Virus record (IMG/VR): IMGVR_UViG_3300022911_000003
Location: 4,814 to 68,813 of that record
Length of the DNA stretch: 64,000 nt
Source: a virus
Strand: one strand, 5' to 3'
Part shown: positions 18,924 to 28,110 of the stretch, one piece after another
Numbering within the stretch: position 1 is the first letter of the stretch
Layout of the letters: the number at the start of each line of letters is the position of its first letter
Translations under genes and position numbers: made by a program
The notes under the pieces: generated by a model
Databases searched by the model: none
Seen by the model: only the letters and a program-made list of their open reading frames with translations
Told to the model about the DNA's origin: nothing

Positions 18924-19673
18924 ATGTCTGACGTCGCGACTCTCATTGCAGATATGGTCAAGGGCGGGGTCGATGCCGACCTTATCGGCCGCGTGGCCGC
19001 TGCCTTGGTAGACGCCAAGGGCTCGACCGTGCCTGTCGAAAACTCCAATGATAAACGTCGCGAGAGAAACCGCAGGTATTACGAAAAGCGTCTTAATTCA
19101 GACGACAATAAGACGATTTCAGACGACCAAGACGCTGAAACGTCTAAACCCCCTTTCCCCGCTTCTTCTCCTTCCTGCCCCCCGGATGGTCCCCCTTCCC
19201 TTGCCCCCGAACCCCCTAAACCCATCCCCCCCTTAACCCCCCTTCCTTCCTCATCATCACCCCAAACCCGTTCGGTCATCGCGCGGCCCGAAGGCGATCT
19301 TTTCGAGTTGGAAGTTCAACCGACGGCCAAGCAGGCTGATCAGGAATTGCTGAGCGACTTCGACGTTTTCTGGATGGAATATCCCAGCAAAAAAGCCAAA
19401 CCGAAGGCCGTCGAGTCCTACCGAAAAGCCAGAAAAAAGGCTACGGCGCAGGAAATTCTCAGGGGTTTGGAGGCGTACAAACAACACAAACCTCCTGACC
19501 GAAGTTGGCTTAACCCGACGACATTCCTGAACCAACAACGATGGACAGACGAACATGAACCAGGCCAGCACCAGTCTCACCGTCAGACCTCCGGAGAGCG
19601 AAATCACGAAGGCACAATGCGAGCTTTTGACCTCGCCGATCAGCTTTTTGAACAAAGGAATCGACGCGCTTGA
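18924..19673 (+). CDS. Replication initiator protein
   Basis: RRERNRRYYEK, Pro-rich linker, FDVFWMEYPSKKAKPKA...PTTFLNQQRW. Confidence 0.75.
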   Translation: MSDVATLIADMVKGGVDADLIGRVAAALVDAKGSTVPVENSNDKRRERNRRYYEKRLNSDDNKTISDDQDAETSKPPFPASSPSCPPDGPPSLAPEPPKPIPPLTPLPSSSSPQTRSVIARPEGDLFELEVQPTAKQADQELLSDFDVFWMEYPSKKAKPKAVESYRKARKKATAQEILRGLEAYKQHKPPDRSWLNPTTFLNQQRWTDEHEPGQHQSHRQTSGERNHEGTMRAFDLADQLFEQRNRRA

Positions 19674-20040
19674 GCGAAACCTGAGCGACGTCGAAAATCG
19701 GGATGAGATTCGGCGCGAGGCCCGTCTTGTCCTGCTGGCCCAGACTCCAGGCACTAGGTCCGAGATCAAGGAGATCGTGTTTCGAATCCTGAACCACTAC
19801 GAAAGCTTTGATCGACGTTCGATCGAGTCCAAGGCGATGCTGGTCGACGACTGGCTCGAGTCGTTGGCGGAGTGGCCGGCCGACGTTCTGCGGGGCATGG
19901 CAAAGGCTTGGCGCGAGAATCCGAAGTCGGAATATTTTCCGACCGTGGGCAAGGTCATCGACGAAATCCCGGCGCAGTTCAAGGATCGCTACAAGGCGAT
20001 GTATTCCGCGCAGCAGGTCGCTAAGCAGGAGTGGTTCTAA
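19555..20040 (+). CDS. Hypothetical protein (helicase loader/inhibitor-like position)
   Basis: DWLESLAEWPADVL...W...YFPTVG pattern; follows the initiator; start uncertain. Confidence 0.5.
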   Translation: MNQASTSLTVRPPESEITKAQCELLTSPISFLNKGIDALERNLSDVENRDEIRREARLVLLAQTPGTRSEIKEIVFRILNHYESFDRRSIESKAMLVDDWLESLAEWPADVLRGMAKAWRENPKSEYFPTVGKVIDEIPAQFKDRYKAMYSAQQVAKQEWF

Positions 20041-20834
20041 TGGCTGAAACTACAGGAATTTCGTGGACTGATTCTACAATCAACTTCTGGATAGGGTGCA
20101 CAAAAGTTGGACCTGGGTGTCAAAATTGCTACGCCGAGGCGATGAATCACAGGTTCGGCGGCGGCAACTGGGGTGCAGGAGCGCCGCGTAAGCGCACGGC
20201 TCAGGCCACGCGCAACAACCTGCTCAAGTGGCAGCGCGAGGCGGATAAGACCGGGGTCCGTCGAAAGGTGTTCATCAACTCCATGTCGGACTTCTGGGAC
20301 AACGAAGTGCCGATAGAATGGCGCGAGGAAGACGCCGTGGTCATGGCGGCGTGCGACGGTCTGGATCTGCAACTCGTGACGAAGCGGATTGGAAATGTGC
20401 CGAAACTCCTGCCAAGGGCGTGGTCGTCACATTGGCCAGCACATGTTTGGCAGATGATCACGGTCTGCAATCACGATGAATATTTGCGGGACACTCCCAA
20501 ATTGGCACCCGTTATCGACATGGGCTGCAAAGTCACAGGCCTGTCTGCCGAGCCGCTTCTTGGTCCAATCAGGGTAGGCGCCTATGCGGATATGCTTAAA
20601 TGGGTAATCGTCGGCGGTGAGTCTGGAAGCTTCGCGCGGCGCTACAATATCGAATGGGCCATGGATATCGCTGATAATTGCAGCCAATATGGCATCGCAT
20701 TTTTCCATAAGCAACTCGGCTCAAGACCTGTCGGCGTTGATGGCCGGCCGATCTACACCAAGGATAGGTCTGGAACGCATAGCGGTGATTGGCCTAAGAA
20801 TTTGTGCCGGCAAGAATTCCCGGTGGCCGCATGA
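20040..20834 (+). CDS. DUF5131 / phage Gp37Gp68 family protein
   Basis: TGISWTDSTINFWIGCTKVGPGCQNCYA, VFINSMSD and WVIVGGESG. Confidence 0.88.
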   Translation: MAETTGISWTDSTINFWIGCTKVGPGCQNCYAEAMNHRFGGGNWGAGAPRKRTAQATRNNLLKWQREADKTGVRRKVFINSMSDFWDNEVPIEWREEDAVVMAACDGLDLQLVTKRIGNVPKLLPRAWSSHWPAHVWQMITVCNHDEYLRDTPKLAPVIDMGCKVTGLSAEPLLGPIRVGAYADMLKWVIVGGESGSFARRYNIEWAMDIADNCSQYGIAFFHKQLGSRPVGVDGRPIYTKDRSGTHSGDWPKNLCRQEFPVAA

Positions 20835-21298
20835 CTCCCGAACTTGAAGCCGCGTATCGCCGCATCGCCGTGCTCGAGTCTGAACTGGCTGTGTATCGCG
20901 GCCGTGACGTGTCTGAAGTATCCGTTACCGAGACTGACCGTGTCGTCGCTGTATTCGGGATCACTAAGCAGGGCGCCGAAGTTCTGATCTCTCTCGCCAA
21001 GCACCCCGATATTCTGATGAACGCGGATCGCTTTGACAAGGTGTTTCCAAGGCCAGACGACGAATTTCGCGAAACGAACCACCTCAAGGTGGTGATTTGC
21101 CGGATCAGGAAAAAGGTTCCTGGTTCGATCGACACGCATCACGGTTATGGCTACCGGATCAATAAGGACTGGTTGGAATTTAATCGGGACGTGTTTTCCC
21201 TGCCAAAACCGCTGGACGTGACCCAGAGACTTCCCGACAGACACCTTGAGGGCTTCCGCCGCGCATCGCTGAGCGCGGAACACCAACAGGCTTCCTGA
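20831..21298 (+). CDS. Orphan OmpR/PhoB-type winged-helix DNA-binding protein
   Basis: LKVVICRIRKKV...IDTHHGYGYRI; no receiver domain. Confidence 0.75.
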   Translation: MTPELEAAYRRIAVLESELAVYRGRDVSEVSVTETDRVVAVFGITKQGAEVLISLAKHPDILMNADRFDKVFPRPDDEFRETNHLKVVICRIRKKVPGSIDTHHGYGYRINKDWLEFNRDVFSLPKPLDVTQRLPDRHLEGFRRASLSAEHQQAS

Positions 21299-21314
21299 CA
21301 AGTTTACGGAGAAT

Positions 21315-21611
21315 ATGAAAATGATCGAATTTGAATGCCGGGAACAAAAAGGCCGGGTCTTTGGCTATATCAGCCCAGATGCCCCAGAGCCGATGCGCGC
21401 CATAGCCATCCTTCAGATCCAGACTTTCGGGAAAAACCCGGCCTGGGAAAACATGTCGACCAAAATCGGACCTGACATGGAACTTGCCATGGAACAAGTG
21501 CGGGACAACTGGATCGCCGCACGCGAGAAAGAAGTCGCAAAGAAGGGCAATTATGCCGAAGCGGCTCGGAAGCGGGCCGAAATAGCCGCAGCGAGGAAAT
21601 CAGCAGCATGA
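21315..21611 (+). CDS. Hypothetical protein
   Basis: GGAG RBS; operon packing. Confidence 0.6.
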   Translation: MKMIEFECREQKGRVFGYISPDAPEPMRAIAILQIQTFGKNPAWENMSTKIGPDMELAMEQVRDNWIAAREKEVAKKGNYAEAARKRAEIAAARKSAA

Positions 21612-21799
21612 AAACCGCTGGAATAGCCATAGACAATTGGAAACTTCCAACTTTCAAGCGCATCCTTGAAGGGGCAGGTTACGAATTCACCCAGCATCCA
21701 GGTCTGACAGAGGGTACATTGCTGCTCAAGGTTAAGACTGAATTTATAGCTGACCTTCAGCCTTTCGTTGAACAAGCAAACAGGGAGTGCCGCACATGA
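21608..21799 (+). CDS. Hypothetical protein
   Basis: ATGA overlaps. Confidence 0.6.
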   Translation: MKTAGIAIDNWKLPTFKRILEGAGYEFTQHPGLTEGTLLLKVKTEFIADLQPFVEQANRECRT

Positions 21800-22131
21800 C
21801 CGAACCCAAGATCACTTTGGCAGATGGTTCGCCAGTTACATCTGATCACCGAGAGATTGGTCCTTCTGGGCAGCAAAAGGGATATATCGTTCTGGACGCC
21901 GAGGAACGCGCCAAGGGCTTCGTCAGGCCATACCGCGATGCTTACAGGCATCTGGCGTGCAAATCCATTACGACGATGAGCCGTTCAATTGCCGAGACCT
22001 ATGCCAGGCAGCCGGATTTTTATGGCGGCACTTTCTGCTCCAATTGCCGAGCACACTTCCCTGTCGGCGAAGACGGCCAGTTCACTTGGTACGAAATGGA
22101 CGGGACTGAAGGTCCGAAAGTCGGGACGTGA
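21796..22131 (+). CDS. Conserved phage protein with zinc-binding motif
   Basis: HLAC...TYARQPDFYGGTFCSNC. Confidence 0.7.
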   Translation: MTEPKITLADGSPVTSDHREIGPSGQQKGYIVLDAEERAKGFVRPYRDAYRHLACKSITTMSRSIAETYARQPDFYGGTFCSNCRAHFPVGEDGQFTWYEMDGTEGPKVGT

Positions 22132-22382
22132 TGGGTTGTCAGGTCGTCAAGATGCCTAGCGGAGGTAACGCCTTTGTCTGCGGCCCCACGGCGAGATGCA
22201 AGTGCGGGTCCAAAGCGACTGCATTGTGCGACTGGAAGGTGCCGACAAAGAAGTCTGGAACCTGTGACGCAAAACTCTGTGCCAAATGCAGTTACGAACC
22301 GGCGCCAGACAAAGACCTATGTGCGAAACATGCAAAAGAATGGCTCGTAAAGCCACCTAACCCGAAAGACCAATCATCATGA
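22128..22382 (+). CDS. Cys-rich small protein
   Basis: Multiple Cys (CKC, LCD, CDAKLCAKC, LCAKH). Confidence 0.6.
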   Translation: MMGCQVVKMPSGGNAFVCGPTARCKCGSKATALCDWKVPTKKSGTCDAKLCAKCSYEPAPDKDLCAKHAKEWLVKPPNPKDQSS

Positions 22383-22708
22383 CCACTGAGACAGAAGTGA
22401 AGATCGGAGACCGCGTGAAGGTCGAGTTTGAGGCTGAGGTTTATGCTGTTGGAACTAAAAAACTCATTCTTATTGTGGGTGATGGCGACCGATGCGATAT
22501 CAGCAAGAAGCACGCCACCATTACCCGAATAGCCCCACCTGCCAAGCCTCTTGAGGTGGGGGAGACGGTCCTTTGGGACAACAAGCCTCACACCATTGCG
22601 GCTATAGGTGCAAACACGATCTGCATCAGGGACAAACGGGACAACCTAGGCTTCATATCGCCAAAGGGCATTACCCGTCCTGACGGCACCCCCATCGCAA
22701 ACCCATAG
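22379..22708 (+). CDS. Hypothetical protein (SH3-like beta repeats)
   Basis: ATGA overlap; two KIGDRV / EVGETV-like repeats. Confidence 0.55.
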   Translation: MTTETEVKIGDRVKVEFEAEVYAVGTKKLILIVGDGDRCDISKKHATITRIAPPAKPLEVGETVLWDNKPHTIAAIGANTICIRDKRDNLGFISPKGITRPDGTPIANP

Positions 22709-22721
22709 AAGGAGAAGAGGG

Positions 22722-22916
22722 ATGGGTACCATTCGTACGCCGTTAGAGATGAAACTTTGGGCCACACTGAAGCGCATTTCTTCCTATGACTCACCCGATC
22801 GCTTGCGTCGGAATAGCGAGCGCGACTACGCATACGAGAACGTCATTGCCGAAGCCAAGCAAGCCATTAAGCGTTTGCGTGTCCCTAAGTCCCAACCCCC
22901 TAAACAGAAGGAATGA
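22722..22916 (+). CDS. Hypothetical protein
   Basis: GAGGG RBS. Confidence 0.55.
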   Translation: MGTIRTPLEMKLWATLKRISSYDSPDRLRRNSERDYAYENVIAEAKQAIKRLRVPKSQPPKQKE

Positions 22917-23203
22917 AAAGGATGAGTGAGTGGCAAATCCTCCCGACAAGGAAAACCAAGGTTCGGCTCAGCGCCTGTCCGCCCGGCCTGTTCCTGTTCA
23001 AGGGAACATTGGGCTTCAAGACCGAGTACGGCGCATCCACACCCCGCGACATGGGCGGAGGCAAATTCGAATACGTGTTGCTTCACCGTTCTGACGCCTA
23101 TTGTGTGTCAAGCGGAGAGGTATTTTGGGGTGGCGCGAAGACGAGCGAAGAGATCGACAATCTGCTTGTTCTGCCAGTTTGCGCAGTGCCAGCAGCCCAA
23201 TGA
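22913..23203 (+). CDS. Hypothetical protein
   Basis: ATGA overlap; last rightward gene. Confidence 0.55.
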   Translation: MKRMSEWQILPTRKTKVRLSACPPGLFLFKGTLGFKTEYGASTPRDMGGGKFEYVLLHRSDAYCVSSGEVFWGGAKTSEEIDNLLVLPVCAVPAAQ

Positions 23204-23235
23204 AAAACCGCCACACTCTCGCATGACGGTCTTCG

Positions 23236-23637
23236 CTACCTATTCGTATTGCCTGCGTCGGATCTGGAATATTTGAGCCGGTCGCGCCGGGCCTCAACCA
23301 GGTCCGCCACGGCATCAATGACCCTGGCTTTCTCGACCGGCATATTGTGAAACGCCAAGATCCAGTCCGCCATTTCCAGCAGTAGAAGTTCCTGCATCTC
23401 GTCGTCGAGGTGGATCGGCCCAGTTTCCTTTGCGCCGGCCGATACGATATCGTCACTGGCCCAGAATATGACCGGCAGGCTTTGCCAGTCCGGGCCGCGC
23501 TGATCCAACTTTTCCGCACCTTTGATGTAGGCCAGAAAAGCCGGGTCATCCGCTGCGGACAGCATCAGAGTTTCGAGGCTGATATGGCGATTAAGGTAGG
23601 CCGCCCAGGTGTGCTCCCATGTATGGTTTAGCGTCAT
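23236..23637 (-). CDS. Hypothetical protein
   Basis: ATGA overlap; end of the leftward operon. Confidence 0.55.
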   Translation of the reverse strand: MTLNHTWEHTWAAYLNRHISLETLMLSAADDPAFLAYIKGAEKLDQRGPDWQSLPVIFWASDDIVSAGAKETGPIHLDDEMQELLLLEMADWILAFHNMPVEKARVIDAVADLVEARRDRLKYSRSDAGNTNR

Positions 23638-23936
23638 CCCGTCAACTCCCTGTCGATGCGTTCATCCCTGATCCGGTCTGGGCACAGGCCCGTGTCATAG
23701 TCGTGGTTCTGGGCCAGGTATTCCAGCAGGTTTTCCATCTCCTTGTTGCCCAGTTCAACTTCCGGGGCTCCGCTGTGGTCGACCACGTTGATGATGTCGA
23801 ACTCGTCGTCGCAGCCGGGCTCCTCCCAAGTCTGGTCGTAACCCTTCACGAAGTCGTAGGTCACGGTGACGATGAACTCGACGTAGTCCTCGCCGGCTTC
23901 GCGCTCGAAGGCGTACTGGGTCTGGTGGCGGGTCAT
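23634..23936 (-). CDS. Acidic hypothetical protein
   Basis: ATGA overlaps. Confidence 0.6.
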   Translation of the reverse strand: MTRHQTQYAFEREAGEDYVEFIVTVTYDFVKGYDQTWEEPGCDDEFDIINVVDHSGAPEVELGNKEMENLLEYLAQNHDYDTGLCPDRIRDERIDRELTG

Positions 23937-24385
23937 GCCAGCACTCGATAAGCTTTGGCGACGTACTTACCCCACCACGGAGCAAGGTATGACTCGACCG
24001 ATGCATGGCAGGCGTAGAGATGGGCGATCTTCCCATGCCGGGCATGTGCCCCAGTGCCTTCGGTCATGATGGCAACGTGGTTTCGGAAGTACGGCATCCA
24101 ATCCGTCACATGAAAAGTTATCAGGTCGCCGGGCCGTGCATCCCTGAGCATAATTTCCACTGCGGGTAGGGGCATGTCTTGGCCCACCTCTGTCCAGTCG
24201 GCCGGGAAGTCGATCTGGGGAAGTCTGGCGTGGCTCAGCACCATGTTGACGAAGGCGCGGCAGTCTTGGAGGTCGCCGACTTTCGGAATGTTGACACGGT
24301 ACGGCATACTGGACCGCGCCATCAGTTGAGCCGAGCGGATCAGCCGGCGCAAGGCTTCATCGCGTTCAAGGTCTGTCTGGGTCAT
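23933..24385 (-). CDS. NlpC/P60-like cysteine hydrolase (second, non-tail copy)
   Basis: PYR...QDCRAFV...ADW...RPGDLITF...NHVAI...AH parallels the tail NlpC/P60 at 60798. Confidence 0.6.
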   Translation of the reverse strand: MTQTDLERDEALRRLIRSAQLMARSSMPYRVNIPKVGDLQDCRAFVNMVLSHARLPQIDFPADWTEVGQDMPLPAVEIMLRDARPGDLITFHVTDWMPYFRNHVAIMTEGTGAHARHGKIAHLYACHASVESYLAPWWGKYVAKAYRVLA

Positions 24386-24672
24386 TGGAACAGCCCCGCA
24401 TAGATATGCCAAAAGAAAGGTCCGTCCTGAACCGTGCCGACATAGGATACCAACCCGAGGCCCGGAACGAAGTCGTCGAACGGATGGCCCGTGCCGATGA
24501 AAAAGCACGTCATGGTTCTCGTGTCGCTCTGTCCAACAGTCTTTTCGACATACAGCGTAGGCTGGCCGTCGCGCAGTTGCGCCCCGAGAATCTGGGTGTC
24601 GAGCGGGACAAGGAGGCGGTTTCCTAGTCCGGGAGTATAGGCCGGCACGGGGTAGTGGTGGATGACTTTCAT
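24382..24672 (-). CDS. Small conserved phage protein
   Basis: IHHYPV...GTGHP...YVGTVQDGPFFWHIY. Confidence 0.65.
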   Translation of the reverse strand: MKVIHHYPVPAYTPGLGNRLLVPLDTQILGAQLRDGQPTLYVEKTVGQSDTRTMTCFFIGTGHPFDDFVPGLGLVSYVGTVQDGPFFWHIYAGLFQ

Positions 24673-25088
24673 GCCTCGATCTCCTGATTGTGCAGGCAGC
24701 GCGCCAGAGCCAGAACCGCTTTGCGCAGCGCTGGTGTCTGTATGCCGATCATGTGCCGCGCCAGTTCCACGCCTTCGGTAGTTATCAGAAACTGGGAAAC
24801 GGCAGTGTCGTCGGAAACATTGAAGGGGTCGGCGCCGATCATCTGGTCATAGCCGTCAAAGAAATAGGACGGCGGGACTTGCAGAAACTGAGCTGTGCGA
24901 TACAGGACAGAAGCACTGACGCGGTTGCGGCCGCGCTCGTATTTTTGCACCTGATGAAAGGTCCTTCCGAGAGCATCGCCGAGTTTTTCCTGCGATAGGT
25001 TCAGCATCTTGCGCCGCAGTCTGATCCGGCTGCCGACATGGACGTCGATAGGATCTGGGCCATCTGCGATAATGGTTTCGTGTTTCAT
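24669..25088 (-). CDS. XRE-family HTH transcription factor of alphaproteobacterial chromosomal type
   Basis: PDPIDVHVGSRIRLRR...SQEKLG...QVQKYERGRNRVSAS...FFDG. Confidence 0.88.
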   Translation of the reverse strand: MKHETIIADGPDPIDVHVGSRIRLRRKMLNLSQEKLGDALGRTFHQVQKYERGRNRVSASVLYRTAQFLQVPPSYFFDGYDQMIGADPFNVSDDTAVSQFLITTEGVELARHMIGIQTPALRKAVLALARCLHNQEIEA

Positions 25089-25119
25089 AGCATTTTCTCC
25101 GGTGGGGGTGGGATACGCT

Positions 25120-25509
25120 TTAATCCGCCGTCCTGTGGCGCTGTAACTGCATCAGGGCGACCTTGAAATGCGCCGACTGGGGATCGGCATGATTGGCTTC
25201 GAACCAGCGCCGGTAGTCTTCGATCTCGGCCTCGGACAAAGGCGTTTCGCCCAGGTCCGTGCGCTGGATGATCAGGCCGTTGCGGTGGAAGTACTTGATC
25301 GAGTGATGCGGCGGGATGGTTTTGCTGGCTACGACATAACCGCCAACGACTTCATGCAGGTTGTCTTTTTCCGTCACCGTGACCTGGACCCCGTTGTGCG
25401 AGAAGCAGACCGGGACGTGGTGCACCTTGGCCAACTTGATCGCCAGTTCGGCCGCCTTCTCGATCGAGGTGCCGGCGTTGAGACCGAGCGTGATGCTTTC
25501 GATGCCCAT
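25120..25509 (-). CDS. Hypothetical protein
   Basis: Operon packing. Confidence 0.6.
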   Translation of the reverse strand: MGIESITLGLNAGTSIEKAAELAIKLAKVHHVPVCFSHNGVQVTVTEKDNLHEVVGGYVVASKTIPPHHSIKYFHRNGLIIQRTDLGETPLSEAEIEDYRRWFEANHADPQSAHFKVALMQLQRHRTAD

Positions 25510-25754
25510 CAGACCTGCTCCCTGTTCTTGGTCATGACGGTTTCCGAGCCTTCAATGGCGCGGCGCAGCAAGGCGATGGGCTCGGCCAGCGGCTCGGGAA
25601 TGACGCCGTCCATGCGATCAACCAGGGCGACGATGTCCTTGGCGTAGCGCATCACGGGCCAGGTTCCGGTGCGGAACAGGCTCAGTTCGCGATTGGAACT
25701 GGCCAGTTCGTTTTCAAGGCGCTGGATGGTTTGTTTGGCGGTCTCGGTTTTCAT
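25509..25754 (-). CDS. Hypothetical protein
   Basis: CAGGAG RBS before MKTETAK. Confidence 0.6.
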   Translation of the reverse strand: MKTETAKQTIQRLENELASSNRELSLFRTGTWPVMRYAKDIVALVDRMDGVIPEPLAEPIALLRRAIEGSETVMTKNREQV

Positions 25755-25821
25755 GGGAAATCTCCTGTGATTTCGTCTGGTGGGGTAGATCAAGCATCAA
25801 GGGCGCGCTTGACGGGGTGGG

Positions 25822-26661
25822 TCATGCGGGGACCATCTTCTTCTTGTGGGCGACCAAGGCTGCCTGCGCAGAGTCCGCATAGCCCTGCAAACGCTGTAAC
25901 TCAGCGGCATCTGCCTTCACACGGTAAGCATCCACTAGGCTGCGTACTTTTGCCGGTACTTCGATGCCCCAGCGGTCGGCGCGCCTAACGGATATCTCGG
26001 CAGCATAGAGCCTGCCGTCTGGCGTCAACGTCTTGTCGAGTTCGGCCAATTCGGCCGATATGATGGCAAGGCGTTGAGCCTCCGCATCCTCGACGCCAGA
26101 ACACAGCATCGCCCAGCGCCACTCGCCTGAACCATCTCGCCACTTGTTGATATTCCAGTTGAGGTTGCCCTTGGTGTCTCCAAATAACGAGACGAGGGGT
26201 AGCTTCTTTTCCCAATTGTCCCTACCGCCGTCACCTTCAATGGTATGCAGGTCAGCAATAGCCGTTATTTGGTAGTCGCCGTTCTTTTCGTGCAAAACGT
26301 GCGTTATTCGGCCTTCAATAAAAGTGAGCAGACGCTCAAATGTTGGGCTATGCTTTGACGCATCGGAAAGCCGCTTTTCAAGGGCTGAACGTTCAGCTCC
26401 GATCTGATCCAGTTCGGCGCGGCGCTTTTCTACTCTGGCAGTTAGTTCGACAACCTTTTCTTCCAGAACCCCCACGGGAGGCTTTGGAAATACTTCTGGC
26501 CACGTCGTCGTCGCGCCCCAGTCCCTATCTTCTTCGCCTTCCCACCCATAGGTAATGACCTCGGGCGTGACGTAATGGATGCCGTTCAGGATCCCTTCGT
26601 AGCGGGCCTTTTCGCCAGCGCGGTTATAGACGGTCGCACCTGTTTTTATTTTTTCGCTCAC
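25822..26661 (-). CDS. Conserved hypothetical phage protein
   Basis: TAGGAG RBS; KLPLVSLFGDTKGNLNWNINKWRDGSG motif. Confidence 0.7.
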   Translation of the reverse strand: MSEKIKTGATVYNRAGEKARYEGILNGIHYVTPEVITYGWEGEEDRDWGATTTWPEVFPKPPVGVLEEKVVELTARVEKRRAELDQIGAERSALEKRLSDASKHSPTFERLLTFIEGRITHVLHEKNGDYQITAIADLHTIEGDGGRDNWEKKLPLVSLFGDTKGNLNWNINKWRDGSGEWRWAMLCSGVEDAEAQRLAIISAELAELDKTLTPDGRLYAAEISVRRADRWGIEVPAKVRSLVDAYRVKADAAELQRLQGYADSAQAALVAHKKKMVPA

Positions 26662-26688
26662 GTTCTCGTCTCCTATGTTTGCTGGGGG

Positions 26689-27108
26689 TTAATGGGCCGT
26701 GGCCCGGTTGATGGCGTGCTTTAAAACGAAATATGCGGCCCTGTGTTCCATGAACCGAATTTCTGCATTTTCCGTTGACATGCCTGCTTGAAGCTTGCGG
26801 CGTGCCTCCTCCATCGCCTCCAGCATGTCATCCATCGTGTCCATGAGGCGGTTGTGGTCGACAGTCCGGCCGAGATAGTTCTGCAGCGCCGTGACGAACT
26901 CGCCGTCGGTGCCCCGATTCGACTTAGCCTCGCCCACGATGAGAAACCGCTGCGTATGGGGCCACCAGTCCGCCACAAACTTGCCGTCGCGCCGGACCTG
27001 CCAGTGGTACGGGTCGCACTGCTTCAGCGTGCCGATTGCCTCGATGGCGGTACGGATTGCCACGGCGGGGGTATATGCCGGTTGCGGCTTTGACCTGGAC
27101 CGGCTCAT
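26689..27108 (-). CDS. Hypothetical protein
   Basis: ATGA overlap. Confidence 0.6.
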   Translation of the reverse strand: MSRSRSKPQPAYTPAVAIRTAIEAIGTLKQCDPYHWQVRRDGKFVADWWPHTQRFLIVGEAKSNRGTDGEFVTALQNYLGRTVDHNRLMDTMDDMLEAMEEARRKLQAGMSTENAEIRFMEHRAAYFVLKHAINRATAH

Positions 27109-27500
27109 GTCCGCACCGCCACGACAGGGTTGATGCTGGTCACGGTGATGGCCGCCGGATCGACAGCCAGAATGCGGGACTGATAAATCTGAGCCTCGAT
27201 CCCAGCTTCCAGTGCGTTAAACGCGGCCCAATCCATCCAACCGGCCGTCTTGGGCGAAACGAACTCGACACGAAACGCGGTCTTGGCTTTCGGCGCCGGT
27301 TCGGTTTGGTCGACGTAGGACTCGGTCGCTGCGGCCAGAACGCTGTCGAAGGCAAGACCGTCGCGGTCGCAGAGGTGCATGATGGCGCAGAGCAGGCCAG
27401 ACATCGGTGTCTTGTATTCGAAGTCGCGCTGTATTTCGCAATACCTAGAAAGCGCGACTTCGGCTCCTAAAGCTTGCTGCGGAATTGAAACGTCAGGCAT
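27105..27500 (-). CDS. Hypothetical protein
   Basis: AAGGAA RBS before MPDVS. Confidence 0.6.
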   Translation of the reverse strand: MPDVSIPQQALGAEVALSRYCEIQRDFEYKTPMSGLLCAIMHLCDRDGLAFDSVLAAATESYVDQTEPAPKAKTAFRVEFVSPKTAGWMDWAAFNALEAGIEAQIYQSRILAVDPAAITVTSINPVVAVRT

Positions 27501-27538
27501 GTCGATTTTCCTTGAGGGGGGTGAAGGCGGGTGGTCGT

Positions 27539-27754
27539 TCATTGTATTTCTCCGCCGATCATTTTTCCCTGATATGGAGACATGTCCCCATCGAAAGGGC
27601 GAGCATTGGACAGCGCGGGAAAACCGTCACTCGTGCACTTTTCGCAATGCTGGATGTCGTGCGAAGGCTCCATTGCAACAAAGTCGTAAATGTACGCCCA
27701 CGAGCCTTTCGACATGAACCGTCCGCACCGTGAACAGTTGTAAACGTACATCAC
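27539..27754 (-). CDS. Small zinc-ribbon protein
   Basis: CSRC and CEKC motifs. Confidence 0.55.
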   Translation of the reverse strand: MMYVYNCSRCGRFMSKGSWAYIYDFVAMEPSHDIQHCEKCTSDGFPALSNARPFDGDMSPYQGKMIGGEIQ

Positions 27755-28110
27755 CCCCCTCCTGTTGAGATAGAAAGAGCGGCGTCGATCATTTCAACGG
27801 TGGGGCGGAAATCGTAATCGTGGCCGGTCAGTGTCGAAAACCCACACGCCATTTTGATTGACGCTCGCGCCTTGGCCAAAGCCTCCCGTAACCCTTGGTT
27901 ATCTGAGAGGAGCTTATCCCGCTGTGTGGCTGTCTCAGGGGCGGAGGCGAAGAGTTCGGCTATCTCTTCCCGGTCCTTTGCAGTTCCGCGCACATCAACG
28001 GAATGTTCCGTCACCGGACCAATATTCCAAGCGATGACGCGACCCATGGCCTCGAAGGCCGGTCTGTATCCCCACTTCACCCCGTGATACCATTTCGTTT
28101 CCATCGTCAT
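27751..28110 (-). CDS. Hypothetical protein
   Basis: AAAGGA RBS. Confidence 0.6.
   Translation of the reverse strand: MTMETKWYHGVKWGYRPAFEAMGRVIAWNIGPVTEHSVDVRGTAKDREEIAELFASAPETATQRDKLLSDNQGLREALAKARASIKMACGFSTLTGHDYDFRPTVEMIDAALSISTGGG

Noticed and set aside
18028-18924. 298-aa minus-strand ORF, and similar ones at 13277-14083, 44841-45650, 49293-50306 and 52498-53208
   Set aside because: Antisense to well-supported genes. Unlike the MTase beta frame, they carry no family motif.
19170-19265. C-rich low-complexity tract as a repeat element
   Set aside because: It encodes the Pro/Ser linker of the replication initiator. It may overlap the origin, but I could not define iterons.
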